A DNA stretch of 64,000 nt from Candidatus Cloacimonadales bacterium. GTDB lineage: Bacteria; Cloacimonadota; Cloacimonadia; Cloacimonadales; JAFGVF01. Position 1 is the first letter of the stretch. Every line of letters begins with the position of its first letter. Made by a program: the position numbers and the translations under genes. The notes below the pieces were generated by a model. It saw only the letters and a list, made by a program, of their open reading frames with translations. It was not told the origin of the DNA and searched no databases. Where the stretch lies: contig OY759729.1 in the NCBI GenBank assembly GCA_963662585.1, positions 2,016,001 to 2,080,000 of the forward strand, read 5' to 3'. This document shows positions 39,640 through 49,905 of the stretch, in pieces.

Positions 39640-40923
39640 ATGAAGATAGCTGTAATTGGATTTGGAGCTGCTGCAATTGGTTTTCTCTACGAACTTAAAG
39701 GAAGTAAACATCATATTGATGTCTATGAAAAAGCCAAAGATATTCACTCTAGCTCTGTTTCAGGAATAAGAGCAGATGGTAAAATATTCGTTTCTGCTGA
39801 TATGGGTGGCGATTTATCTGTTGGCTTAGAACTTCAGCAAAAAGTTGTAGATTATTATCTCTCAAAGGTCAGCTGTTCTGCAGATAAGATTGAACAGGGA
39901 AGTTCATTTTCTAATTCTAAATATTTCGAGAGCTTTTATGCTCAAGGATTCAATCCTGTTCATGCTGAATTCTGGCATATTGGAACTGATGAATTAAAGA
40001 CAGTTGTTACCAATATCTATGAAGAATTAAACTCTTTTGATAATATAAATTTCCATTTTAATAGTCAGGTAGAATCTGTAGATATATTAGACAATCCTCG
40101 GATTTGCCTCCAAAATGGGGAAGAGCTAGAATATGATAAAATAGTAGTAGGAGTTGGTAGAACAGGGCATAGATTAGTGAAATCTATCATCAAAAATCAT
40201 CCTGAATTCATAATGGAAAACACTAAAGTGGATTTAGGTGTAAGATTTGAAATTCCTAACCATATTGTTGATAGTTTAAATAAAGAAATGTATGAGTTTA
40301 AAGTTCAACTAAGAACTGCTTCAGGTTACTCTGTCCGTACTTTCTGCAACAATCCATCTGGTTTCGTTGTTACTGAAGAGTATGAAGATTTTATGACGGT
40401 TAATGGTCATGCCAAACTTAATGAAAAAAGTTCCAATACAAATTTTGCTATCCTTGTTACTCACTCCTTCACTGAACCATTCAATGATCCAATCGGTTAT
40501 GGTTCTTATATTGCCAAACTATCTAATATCTTAGCTGGTGGCGATAAAGTTATTCTTCAGACTTTTGGGGATTTTGCCAGAACTAAAAGAACAAAACACC
40601 TTGGGAGAGTAATTCCTACCCTTCCACAGGATAAATATATTCTTGGGGACCTTAACTTAGTCTTCCCAGGTAAAACATGCCAAGCGCTTTTAGAATTTAT
40701 CGAAACCTTGGATAAAGTTGTGCCAGGAATAGCCTACAAAGATAACCTTATGTATGGAACTGAATGTAAATTCTATAGTAATAAAGTCTCTAATGAAAAT
40801 AGTTCAAAAATACTATTCATGGGGGATTGCTCAGGCTGGACTCGCTCCATAACTTACGCTACTGCTCATGGGTTTAAGCTGGCGGAGGAAATTCAGAATT
40901 CAGAATTGAAAATTGAGAATTGA
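39640..40923 (+). CDS. FAD-dependent oxidoreductase (uncharacterised family)
   Basis: KIAVIGFGAAA Rossmann, DLGVRFE, VRTFCNNP.G.V, VNGH, GDCSGWTR. Confidence 0.82.
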   Translation: MKIAVIGFGAAAIGFLYELKGSKHHIDVYEKAKDIHSSSVSGIRADGKIFVSADMGGDLSVGLELQQKVVDYYLSKVSCSADKIEQGSSFSNSKYFESFYAQGFNPVHAEFWHIGTDELKTVVTNIYEELNSFDNINFHFNSQVESVDILDNPRICLQNGEELEYDKIVVGVGRTGHRLVKSIIKNHPEFIMENTKVDLGVRFEIPNHIVDSLNKEMYEFKVQLRTASGYSVRTFCNNPSGFVVTEEYEDFMTVNGHAKLNEKSSNTNFAILVTHSFTEPFNDPIGYGSYIAKLSNILAGGDKVILQTFGDFARTKRTKHLGRVIPTLPQDKYILGDLNLVFPGKTCQALLEFIETLDKVVPGIAYKDNLMYGTECKFYSNKVSNENSSKILFMGDCSGWTRSITYATAHGFKLAEEIQNSELKIEN

Positions 40924-40935
40924 AAAGACCTTTCA

Positions 40936-41890
40936 CACGAATTAAACGAATTTTCACGAATGTAGGGGCGTGTTGCCATACGCTTTCTTGAAAAGACCCT
41001 TAACACAGAGTTTCACAGAGGTCAAGAGGAGTTTCACAGAGTTTTAAGAAAAGCTATAAGAATGTGACCCGACCTCTTAAACTCCCCTCTTTAGTGCTGA
41101 AAGTACGAAAAAGAGGGGTGGCTGCGTAGCAGACGGGGTGTTTTTAAATCCCCCTCCGTGAGGGGGACACAGGGGGTGTTTTCTTCTATGGAGTGGAAGC
41201 GTCTCTGCTTCCACATTAGACAATAATAAGATAACATTAGATTTTATAAGGTTTTTCGCATGCAAGGGTGCATGCAATCCGGCAGAAGAGGGATTATCAC
41301 GCTTTTAAACTTCCCTTCTTTAGTGATTAACTGGGGTTACGGACCTTTACTTTAGTCCGTGAATCTTAAATTCCCCTCTTTAGTGCTGAAAGTACGAAAA
41401 AGAGGGGTGGCTGCGAAGCTGACGGGGTGTTTTTAAATCCCCCTCCGTGAGGGGGACACAGGGGGTGTTTTCTTCTATGGAGTGGAAGCGTCTCTGCTTC
41501 CACATTAGACAATAATAAGATAACATTAGATTTTATAAGGTTTTTCGCATGCAAGGGAGCATGCAATCCGGCAGAAGAGGGATTATCACGCTTTTAAACT
41601 TCCCTTCTTTAGTGATTAACTGGGGTTACGGACCTTTAGTCCGTGAATTTTAAATTCCCCTCTTTAGTGCTGAAAGTACGAAAAAGAGGGGTGGTTGCAA
41701 AGCAGACGGGGTGTTTTTAAATCCCCCTCCGTGAGGGGGACACAGGGGGTGTTTTCTTTATGGAGTGGAAGCGTCTCTGCTTCCACATTAGACAATAATA
41801 AGATAACATTAGATTTTTATAAGGTTTTTCGCATGCAAGGGTGCATGCAATCCGGCAGAAGAGGGATTATCCCGCTCTTAAACTCCTTTC
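40936..41890 (-). repeat. Composite repeat locus 2: inverted homolog of locus 1 (tail + three units)
   Basis: GGCAGAAGAGGGATTA ends at 41296, 41585 and 41869 (periods 289 and 284); tail 40936-41076 is the reverse complement homolog of 17851-17992. Confidence 0.9.
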
Positions 41891-42017
41891 TTTATTCCCC
41901 TCTTGGGGAGGGTTGGCAGTGCTAGCTGACGGGGTGGTGATTTTCGCCTGATAAATTAATTGACACTAAACTTACTTCCAATAAATTAAAACTTGATGTA
42001 TTTTCAAAAGAGGTATT

Positions 42018-43034
42018 ATGTTAGAAAGAGTAAGTAGTCCTAATGAAAACAATGAAGAAAAAGATTTTGATAGAGCCCTCAGACCTAAATCACTAAGTGA
42101 TTTTGTTGGCCAAGACCATATAAAAGAATTATTAGATATCTCTATCAGAGCAGCAAAACTCAGGAATGAACCACTAGATCATATCTTGCTATATGGCCCT
42201 CCAGGCTTAGGTAAGACAACATTATCAAATATTATTGCTAATGAATTAGGGGTTGAAATAAGAGTTACTTCAGGTCCAGTATTAGATAAGCCATCTGATT
42301 TAGCAGGTATATTAACTAATCTGCAAAAGTATGATGCCCTCTTTATTGATGAAATTCATAGACTTAATCATGTTGTGGAAGAGTATATTTATCCAGCAAT
42401 GGAAGATTTTCAGATGGAAATAATTTTAGATAGTGGGCCATCAGCTCGTTCCCTGCAAATAGATTTAGAACCATTTACTATGATTGGGGCAACCACTAGA
42501 GCAGGGTTATTGACAGCTCCCTTAAGAGATAGATTTGGCTTAGTACTTCGCCTAAACTACTATGATCAGCCTGCTATAGAACAGATTATCAGACGCTCAG
42601 CTTCTATCATGGAAGTTCCAATTGAGGATGAAGGTGTTCAAGAATTAGCACGAAGATCTCGTGGTACTCCTCGTGTTGCTAATCGTCTTTTAAGAAGAGT
42701 GAGAGATTATGCTCAGATTAAAGGTGATGGTATAATTACTTGGGATATTGCCTTAAAAGCCCTCAAAATGCTCAATGTTGATGAAGAAGGACTCGATGAA
42801 ATGGATAAGAAAATCTTGCTGACAATTATTGAGAATTACAAGGGTGGTCCGGTAGGAATAAAAACTTTAGCTGTCGCAGTGGGAGAAGATGCTGGAACTA
42901 TAGAAGAGATATTTGAGCCTTATTTAATTCAAAAAGGTTTCTTAGAGAGAACAATGCAAGGAAGAAAGGCCTCTTTCAAAGCATATAAACATTTCAAAAT
43001 AGAGCTCAAAGAAGAACAGATAAGTATTTTTTAA
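42018..43034 (+). CDS. ruvB: Holliday junction branch migration helicase RuvB
   Basis: LRPKSL, GPPGLGKTT, FIDEIHRL, RGTPRVANRLLRRVRD. Confidence 0.98.
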   Translation: MLERVSSPNENNEEKDFDRALRPKSLSDFVGQDHIKELLDISIRAAKLRNEPLDHILLYGPPGLGKTTLSNIIANELGVEIRVTSGPVLDKPSDLAGILTNLQKYDALFIDEIHRLNHVVEEYIYPAMEDFQMEIILDSGPSARSLQIDLEPFTMIGATTRAGLLTAPLRDRFGLVLRLNYYDQPAIEQIIRRSASIMEVPIEDEGVQELARRSRGTPRVANRLLRRVRDYAQIKGDGIITWDIALKALKMLNVDEEGLDEMDKKILLTIIENYKGGPVGIKTLAVAVGEDAGTIEEIFEPYLIQKGFLERTMQGRKASFKAYKHFKIELKEEQISIF

Positions 43035-43061
43035 CCAGAAATAATTTATTAAAATAAAAAG

Positions 43062-43088
43062 AAAGGGGAGATGGCGATCTCCCCTTTT
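43062..43088. terminator. Bidirectional terminator between ruvB and rpoD
   Basis: AAAGGGGAGAT-GGCG-ATCTCCCCTTTT. Confidence 0.8.
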
Positions 43089-43108
43089 ATAGTTCTAAAT
43101 TCTAATTA

Positions 43109-44851
43109 TTATGTTTTAAGGTTAAAGTTATTAATGAACTCTTGTAGAATAGAAGCTCTAGTTGGGTGTCTTAATTTCTTTAAGGCTTTATCCTCAATCT
43201 GTCTTATTCGTTCTCTGGTAACATTAAAGATATTTCCCACTTCTTCCAAAGTTCTATGGAAACCATCATCAATACCGAATCTTAATCTAATAACTCTCTC
43301 TTCACGAGGGGTAAGAGTTTGAAGAACTTCATCAACTTGTCTTTTAAGAAGTGAGCGTTCTGCTAATCTTTCCGGAGAAATAGTAGATTTATCTTCAATA
43401 AAGTCACCAAGAATACTATCTTCAGAATCATTACCAATAGGTTTATCTAAGGAGACAGGTTCTTTAGAGATGTTAAGAATAGATTTAACTTTATCAATAG
43501 GCATTTCGAGAGCTTGTGCAATCTCTTCCGGGAAAGGTTCCCTACCGAGTTTTTGCATAAGTCTTCTAGATGTACGATTAATCTTATTGATAGATTCTAT
43601 CATGTGGACAGGAACCCTAATAGTTCTTGCTTGGTCAGCAATAGCACGAGTTATAGCCTGTCTGATCCACCAAGTGGCATAAGTAGAGAACTTATATCCC
43701 TTTTTGTAATCGTACTTCTCAACAGCTTTCATTAAGCCTGTATTACCTTCTTGAATTAAATCTAAGAAGTCAAGTCCTCTGTTATTATATCTTTTAGCAA
43801 TAGAAATAACCAATCTTACATTGGCTTCAATCATATCACTTTGAGCTCTCTCTTTAGTCCTTTCTCCTCTCTCAATTTCTCTGAGTAAAAAGACTAATTC
43901 ACTAGCAGTCATTCTAGTTTCTAATTCAACACGGCGAATCTTTCTCTTAGCATTCTTAATTTTTCTAAGTGTTTCGATAAAGAGATTTGGGTCAATATTA
44001 GTTTCAACCTGAACTTCTTCAAACTCTTCATCGGACTTTTTAGCTTTTCTACCAAAAGAACAAATCTCTTCAACAGTATATTTCTTGATTCTAGTAATCT
44101 CTTCAATTATCTTATTAGATTCAAGAATTCTATCTACTAGACTACGAACTCTATATACCAATCTTTTAATAAGCTTATCGTTAAAGACAAAAGTAGAAAA
44201 AAGCTCAACTATTCTATCACGATTAGAGTCAATCTCTTCTTGTCTGGCAGCTAAGCCAGTGTCATCAAAATCAGTATTATTAAGTATTTCGCCAATTACA
44301 TCAAAGCACTTTTCAATTTCATTAAGTCTGTCTTTGAAAATCTGAATTATCTCATCAGGTTTTTTATTATCTAATTCAGTTCCAAAGTCAATTTTGAAGA
44401 TTTGATCTAATCTAATTCTTTTCTCTTTGAAACGGTGTAGGAAGTTTTGCATTTCCCTAAGGGTAGAACCAGAGAGATAGACATTATTAGTTATCATTTT
44501 GTGATATACTTCTATCTTCTTGGCAACTCTGATTTCTCCTTCACGATCTAATAGCGGGACCCTACCCATCTCTTTGAGGTACATACGAACAGGGTCATCA
44601 TAGTACTTTCGAGTTTTAAGAGTTTTAGATTTCTTCTCTTTTTTAACCTTTACTTGTGCTTTGCTAACTTTGTTTTCAGTTTCATCAATGACTTCGATAT
44701 TCTCTTGCATAAGATCAAAGAGAATGTCATCAATTTTATCTAAAAATATTGGATTTGCAGGGATGAGTTCATTAATCTGTCTAAAAGTAATGAATCCAGC
44801 CTCTTTACCAATTTCAACTAATTTTTTAATACAATCATTGTAAGTTAGCAT
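43109..44851 (-). CDS. rpoD: Primary sigma factor sigma70 with region 1.1 and long non-conserved region
   Basis: [52 protein letters not shown]. Confidence 0.97.
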   Translation of the reverse strand: MLTYNDCIKKLVEIGKEAGFITFRQINELIPANPIFLDKIDDILFDLMQENIEVIDETENKVSKAQVKVKKEKKSKTLKTRKYYDDPVRMYLKEMGRVPLLDREGEIRVAKKIEVYHKMITNNVYLSGSTLREMQNFLHRFKEKRIRLDQIFKIDFGTELDNKKPDEIIQIFKDRLNEIEKCFDVIGEILNNTDFDDTGLAARQEEIDSNRDRIVELFSTFVFNDKLIKRLVYRVRSLVDRILESNKIIEEITRIKKYTVEEICSFGRKAKKSDEEFEEVQVETNIDPNLFIETLRKIKNAKRKIRRVELETRMTASELVFLLREIERGERTKERAQSDMIEANVRLVISIAKRYNNRGLDFLDLIQEGNTGLMKAVEKYDYKKGYKFSTYATWWIRQAITRAIADQARTIRVPVHMIESINKINRTSRRLMQKLGREPFPEEIAQALEMPIDKVKSILNISKEPVSLDKPIGNDSEDSILGDFIEDKSTISPERLAERSLLKRQVDEVLQTLTPREERVIRLRFGIDDGFHRTLEEVGNIFNVTRERIRQIEDKALKKLRHPTRASILQEFINNFNLKT

Positions 44852-44860
44852 CAAATCTCC

Positions 44861-46582
44861 TCAAGTTAATAAATTATTCACTATTGCAGTGTCTAAGCGT
44901 AAGATATCGTTTTTAATATTCTGTTTCTTTTCCAAAAGTTCTGTTGTAAAACCATTAGCTTGAATCAGCTTGTTAACAACATTTAAATCATTTTTTAATT
45001 TACGGAGCTTTATATCTTTGATGATGTGCAGGATGTCTCTTTGAGGTTCACCTAAAAGAACTAATTCTACTGCAATGTTTTTTAAACTCTCGTCTTTAAA
45101 AAAATCTATAATTTGGGAATGTGTAAACAATTTTAAGAATTCCTCATTTTCTGTCAAAGTATTAAACATTTTTTTATAATTTACATCAAAAAAGTAATCT
45201 GAATTAAGGATTTCGCAAATATTTTTTAACTCTTCGGGAAAATTAAGCATATATTGGAATAATTCCTTCTCTTCAAGATGTTCAGAAAGAGTAAATTGAC
45301 TAGAAGATTTTGGTCTTGATATTACTTGTTTCTGCTGATTTACAGAGGCTTTAAGCGAGTTCTCATTGATTCCGAACTCTTCCCCAATGTTTTTTATCAA
45401 CATTTCTCTATCAATAATGTCTGATATCTTACTTACGCTTTCCAAAAGTAGTTTAATTTTATCTTTATTTTCAGTGGCTAAAAGAGTTGTCTCTTTTACA
45501 TATTTTATAAATGGGAGAGGCTTCTCAATCAGCTTATCAAGATAATCTTTTCCCTCTTTGAGCAAGATAGAATCAGGATCATCACCTTGAGGAAGAGAAA
45601 TTACTTTAGCATTAAGTCCAAGCTCGATACATTTTAAGCCACTGCTGATAGTTGCTTTGCGTCCTGCGTCATCACCATCATAAAGTAGGTAAATATTTTT
45701 ACTGTATCTACTCAAGAGACTAAGCTGTTTTTCAGTAAGAGCTGTACCTAAGGCAGCCACACTATTGGTAAAGCCGTAAGAGTATAGTCGTAAGAAATCA
45801 AGGTAGCCTTCACAGATGATAGCAAAATTAACTTTAGCAATTTCGTATTTAGTTAGGAAGAGTCCGTAAAGCTCATTCCCTTTGGTGTAGAGTTCAGTTG
45901 TAGGTGAATTTATATACTTGCCACCCATTTCCTGGTCATCTAATTGCCTGCCACCAAAAGCTACAATTTGGCCAGTATGAGAATGAATAGGAAACATAAG
46001 TCTATTTCTGAAAGCATCATATTTCCCTTTATTGCTTTCCTTGAATAGTCCGCTCTCGATAATAATCTCATTGGGAATATCTTCCCGTTTAACCTGATTT
46101 AGAAGTCCTGTAAAGCTATCAAGAGCATAACCTAATTCTAGTTTGTCAGCTAGCTCTTTTGATATTTGCCTATTACTAAGATATTTATAGACATCATCAC
46201 CGAATTCCTTTAAGTTATTAACAAAGTATTCATTAGCAATTCGGTAAATATTAATAAGCTTAGTCTTTTTTGATTCAGCTCTTTTATCATTCATAGTCTC
46301 TTTAACGGTAATTCCTACTCGTTGAGCTAATTTCTTTACTGCTTCCATGAAAGATATTTTTTCATATTCTTGCACAAAAGTGAAGACATTACCTCCTTTT
46401 CCACAGACAAAACATTTAAATATCTGTTTTTGCTCTGAAACCATCATAGACGGATTGCGGTCATCATGGAATGGACACACACCTTTATAGTTAGCGCCAC
46501 TTCTTTTGAGAGGAAGATAAGCTGATATCACATCAACGATGTTATTACTATCTCTTATTTGTTCAATTACGGAATTATCCAT
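44861..46582 (-). CDS. dnaG: DNA primase
   Basis: CPFH..CFVC Zn finger, KYINSP, EGYLD, YDGDDAG TOPRIM, DPD. Confidence 0.97.
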   Translation of the reverse strand: MDNSVIEQIRDSNNIVDVISAYLPLKRSGANYKGVCPFHDDRNPSMMVSEQKQIFKCFVCGKGGNVFTFVQEYEKISFMEAVKKLAQRVGITVKETMNDKRAESKKTKLINIYRIANEYFVNNLKEFGDDVYKYLSNRQISKELADKLELGYALDSFTGLLNQVKREDIPNEIIIESGLFKESNKGKYDAFRNRLMFPIHSHTGQIVAFGGRQLDDQEMGGKYINSPTTELYTKGNELYGLFLTKYEIAKVNFAIICEGYLDFLRLYSYGFTNSVAALGTALTEKQLSLLSRYSKNIYLLYDGDDAGRKATISSGLKCIELGLNAKVISLPQGDDPDSILLKEGKDYLDKLIEKPLPFIKYVKETTLLATENKDKIKLLLESVSKISDIIDREMLIKNIGEEFGINENSLKASVNQQKQVISRPKSSSQFTLSEHLEEKELFQYMLNFPEELKNICEILNSDYFFDVNYKKMFNTLTENEEFLKLFTHSQIIDFFKDESLKNIAVELVLLGEPQRDILHIIKDIKLRKLKNDLNVVNKLIQANGFTTELLEKKQNIKNDILRLDTAIVNNLLT

Positions 46583-46604
46583 TATATATACTCTTTTTTT
46601 TAAT

Positions 46605-48965
46605 CTACATTAGTTCAACTATTGTAACACCACTTCCCCCAGCATTTTCGGGTGGAGTGTAGAATGTTTTAACAATTCTAATTCTCTGTAAGTGTTGGCG
46701 AACCTTGGTTCTCAAGGCTCCGGTTCCTTTTCCATGCACAATTCTTAACTTTTTTAAACCTGCTAAATTGGCATTATCGATAAAATCATTAATTAGAACT
46801 TTAGCTTCATCAAAGGTTAAACCTAATAATTTAAGCTCAAAGCTTGCCTTAGGTGCAACATTGGAAGAGACAATAGATACTGTTTCTTCTTTGGCCTTAG
46901 CGTTAGCTTTTTCTCTATGCTCAGGAATTGTTAGGATGTTGTCAATTGAAGTTTTGAAAGTGATTCCATCCATATCTACTATAACTGTAGATTTACTTAT
47001 TTCAACAATGCTCGCTTCAGTCTCGAAACTCTCAACCCAGATTCTCATTCCAACTTGAGGTAGTCTGATTTTAGAACCCTTATGAGTAGATAGCTTCTGA
47101 TGTTCAGCAGATATTTCACTGTGTTTTTTAGAGAGTTTATTAAGAATTTTCTGGTTCTTAGTTTTCCTCTCCTCTTTATCTAGCTTCTTGATATTATCCA
47201 TATCTTGATGTAGTTCTTTTTGCATATCAATTAGATATTGTTGAGCTTCTTTAAGGTGCTTTTTCTTTATTTCTTTAGCCTCAGTTTCTAATTTGATGAT
47301 TTTATTTTTATATTCATCTTCTCTTCCTTTTAGAAGAGCTACTTGAAGTTGGTGTTCGTAAGTTATTTTACCTAACTTTTTCTTTTCACTTTCTAAGCGT
47401 TTTATCAAATTAGTTAACTCAACATTCTGAGTTCCTGCCAGTTCCTTTGAGCGTTTGATAATATCTTCATTTAAACCTAAACCTTCAGCTACATCAATGG
47501 CGAAACTATCTCCAGGTAAGCCAAAAACGAATCTGTATGTTGGTTTATGCTCTCTAGAATCAAATTGCATGGAAGCATTACGGCAATTCTCATTCTGTTC
47601 AGCAAAGACTTTTAAGGCTGTAAAGTGTGTAGTAATTATTCCTTTAGCCGACAACTTCTCTACTTCTTCTAAAACAGCTTGAGCTAAGGCAGAACCTTGT
47701 TCTGGGTCTGTAGAAGAACCTATTTCATCAATCAAGATGAGAGTTTTAGAATTTGCATTATCTATCATCTTCTTGATTTGACCAATATGAGAAGAGAAGG
47801 TACTTAAAGAAGTCTCTAAAGACTGTTCATCTCCGATATCAGCAAAGATATGTTCAAAAATACCTATTTTACTCTCTTTATCTGCCGGAATTGGTAAGCC
47901 TGATAGTGCCATCATCGTTAAAAGACCAGTACCCTTAAGAGTAACTGTTTTACCACCAGTATTAGGTCCAGATAGGACTAATATATTGTAATTATCACCA
48001 ATTTCTAACTGAAAGGGGATAACTTTCTCAACACCTCGCAGGGTATGAATCAAGAGAGGGTGTCTAGCTTCCTTAAGCGAAATTATAGGCTCAGAAACAA
48101 TTTGCACTTTATTTGCTTTTAGATAGTTGGAGAAAGAGGCACAGGCATAAAAGAACTCAAATAGACCTATTAATTCTGTGTTTTTAATTAAACTCTCTTC
48201 AAGAGGAAGAATCATTTGAGTGAATTTTTTAAAGATTCTGTATATTTCTTCCTTTTCAGCTTGTTTAAGGAAGGATATTTTGTTGTTCATCTCCACAATT
48301 TCTGGAGGTTCTACAAAAACAGATGCACCACTCGAAGAGCGTTCTTGAACAACTCCGCCTACAAATTTAACTTTCCCCTCTTTAATAGGAACTACAAACC
48401 TATCTCCACGAGTAGTGATAATCTTTTCTTGGAGAAATTTCTCGAATTTAGGGTCGTGCAATTTGGTGTTTAAAGTTCTCTGAATACTTGAGCGAGTATC
48501 TTTTCTACTCTTCCTAATTCTGTTTAATTCAGGGGAAGCAGTATCCAAAACATCACCCTCGGGTGAGAAAATTCTGTCATATCTATCTGTAATTTCAGGA
48601 TAAGCTTGCAGTTCTGCAAAATATCGCTTAACTTTTGGGTAGCCTTCAAAATTGGCTAATTTTTGCTTAAGAATATTTCCAATTCTAATATTAGTTATTA
48701 CTAACTGAAATTCTTCAATACTCATAATTGAACCTTTAAATTCAGAGAAGAAATACTCCAAATTAGAAAGGTCTTCTATATTAACAGATAAGCCTTCTTT
48801 GATCATTGATTGAAAGGTATCAATCATCACTGTTTGTTTATTAATTTCTGCAATATCTGAAAGAGGGACTAGCTCATCTATCTTATCTTTTCCTAGATAA
48901 CTATTACAGTGAGTTTTTATGAGTTCTTTAAGTTTATCAAATTCTAATTTATTAAAAGAGTACAT
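46605..48965 (-). CDS. mutS2: MutS2 (ATPase + coiled coil + KOW + Smr)
   Basis: SGPNTGGKT, DIGDEQS, DEIGSSTDP, HGKGTGALR Smr. Confidence 0.95.
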   Translation of the reverse strand: MYSFNKLEFDKLKELIKTHCNSYLGKDKIDELVPLSDIAEINKQTVMIDTFQSMIKEGLSVNIEDLSNLEYFFSEFKGSIMSIEEFQLVITNIRIGNILKQKLANFEGYPKVKRYFAELQAYPEITDRYDRIFSPEGDVLDTASPELNRIRKSRKDTRSSIQRTLNTKLHDPKFEKFLQEKIITTRGDRFVVPIKEGKVKFVGGVVQERSSSGASVFVEPPEIVEMNNKISFLKQAEKEEIYRIFKKFTQMILPLEESLIKNTELIGLFEFFYACASFSNYLKANKVQIVSEPIISLKEARHPLLIHTLRGVEKVIPFQLEIGDNYNILVLSGPNTGGKTVTLKGTGLLTMMALSGLPIPADKESKIGIFEHIFADIGDEQSLETSLSTFSSHIGQIKKMIDNANSKTLILIDEIGSSTDPEQGSALAQAVLEEVEKLSAKGIITTHFTALKVFAEQNENCRNASMQFDSREHKPTYRFVFGLPGDSFAIDVAEGLGLNEDIIKRSKELAGTQNVELTNLIKRLESEKKKLGKITYEHQLQVALLKGREDEYKNKIIKLETEAKEIKKKHLKEAQQYLIDMQKELHQDMDNIKKLDKEERKTKNQKILNKLSKKHSEISAEHQKLSTHKGSKIRLPQVGMRIWVESFETEASIVEISKSTVIVDMDGITFKTSIDNILTIPEHREKANAKAKEETVSIVSSNVAPKASFELKLLGLTFDEAKVLINDFIDNANLAGLKKLRIVHGKGTGALRTKVRQHLQRIRIVKTFYTPPENAGGSGVTIVELM

Positions 48966-48969
48966 TTAT

Positions 48970-49491
48970 CTATATAATTTCCCTATTTTTATCTAAATAA
49001 TTCTGTAAGTATTGATTGATATCTTTACCAAATACAGGTTTTAAATAGTTACTGTTAATGTATGATGAAATATGACATATTTTGGAGTCATTAATCTGTT
49101 TAGCCACAAAATCAATATTGGCAATTCCTATAAATATAACGAAAAGAGTAATCACAAACTGCATAGCCATTAAACCAAAGATTGCTCCTAATATTCTATT
49201 AAAGATGTTCAAATTCAGGCTGGAAATAAGTAACTCGATGATTTTAGTTATTAGTAAAGTAATAATGCTAATGACTAAGATTTGACCAACAACAGAAAGA
49301 ACAGTACTCCAACCATAGCTTAGTTCCCAGTTTTTTACTATCCAATCACTAAGGGGTATAGTAAATTTGCTTAAAGAGATATAGAGTATAATACCAGTAA
49401 CAAAGCTCATTAAGCCTCTGATTAATCCTTTATACAAACCCCAAACTACTAATAATATTGTACAAATAGCTAAAATAATGTCTAACATCAT
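48970..49491 (-). CDS. cvpA: CvpA-family membrane protein
   Basis: LDII..GLYKGLI, NRILGAIFG; typical position before mutS2. Confidence 0.85.
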   Translation of the reverse strand: MMLDIILAICTILLVVWGLYKGLIRGLMSFVTGIILYISLSKFTIPLSDWIVKNWELSYGWSTVLSVVGQILVISIITLLITKIIELLISSLNLNIFNRILGAIFGLMAMQFVITLFVIFIGIANIDFVAKQINDSKICHISSYINSNYLKPVFGKDINQYLQNYLDKNREII

Positions 49492-49578
49492 GATGTTTTC
49501 TCCTGAATTACTCGCCTCTGCGAGATTTAATGGCTAGGCCTCTTTAATTTATTCACTTCGTGAATGTTCAATTTCAAT

Positions 49579-49611
49579 AAAAAAAAAGAGTGCCGACGGA
49601 TCAGCACTCTT
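49579..49611 (-). terminator. Terminator after rpsU
   Basis: AAGAGTGCTGA..TCGGCACTC followed by long T-run on minus strand. Confidence 0.75.
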
Positions 49612-49698
49612 CAATCTCTTCAAATTAAGTATCTATCAAATCTATCATTAGTAGATATATCCTTAAATACAGCTACTTAATTTACCAGTCGTAAAAAA

Positions 49699-49905
49699 TT
49701 ATCTATTAAAGCGATTCATCTTCCTCATAGCTTTAACCATTTTACGCTTTGCAACATTCTCTTCTCTTCTCTTTTGGACAGAAGGTTTTTCAAAGTACTG
49801 ATTCTTCTTGATATCAGATAAGATAGCAGCTTTCTCACATCTCTTTTTAAATCTCTTTAAAAGGATATCAAAAGGTTCATTGTCTCTTCCAGTTACTTTA
49901 GGCAC
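49699..49905 (-). CDS. rpsU: 30S ribosomal protein S21
   Basis: EPFD.LLKRFKK.CEKA.IL...YFEKPS; GTG start with GGGGGTGA RBS. Confidence 0.95.
   Translation of the reverse strand: MPKVTGRDNEPFDILLKRFKKRCEKAAILSDIKKNQYFEKPSVQKRREENVAKRKMVKAMRKMNRFNR

Noticed and set aside
14133..41925. Small ORFs in the repeat units (14133-14360, 14244-14435, 17610-17822, 41077-41277, 41366-41566, 41695-41925; MHAPLHAKNLIK...)
   Set aside because: Reading frames shift between near-identical copies because of indels, there is no RBS, and ORFs occur on both strands; they are by-products of the non-coding repeat
46605..48965. Mismatch-repair MutS1
   Set aside because: No mismatch-recognition domain, and a C-terminal Smr domain is present, so it is MutS2
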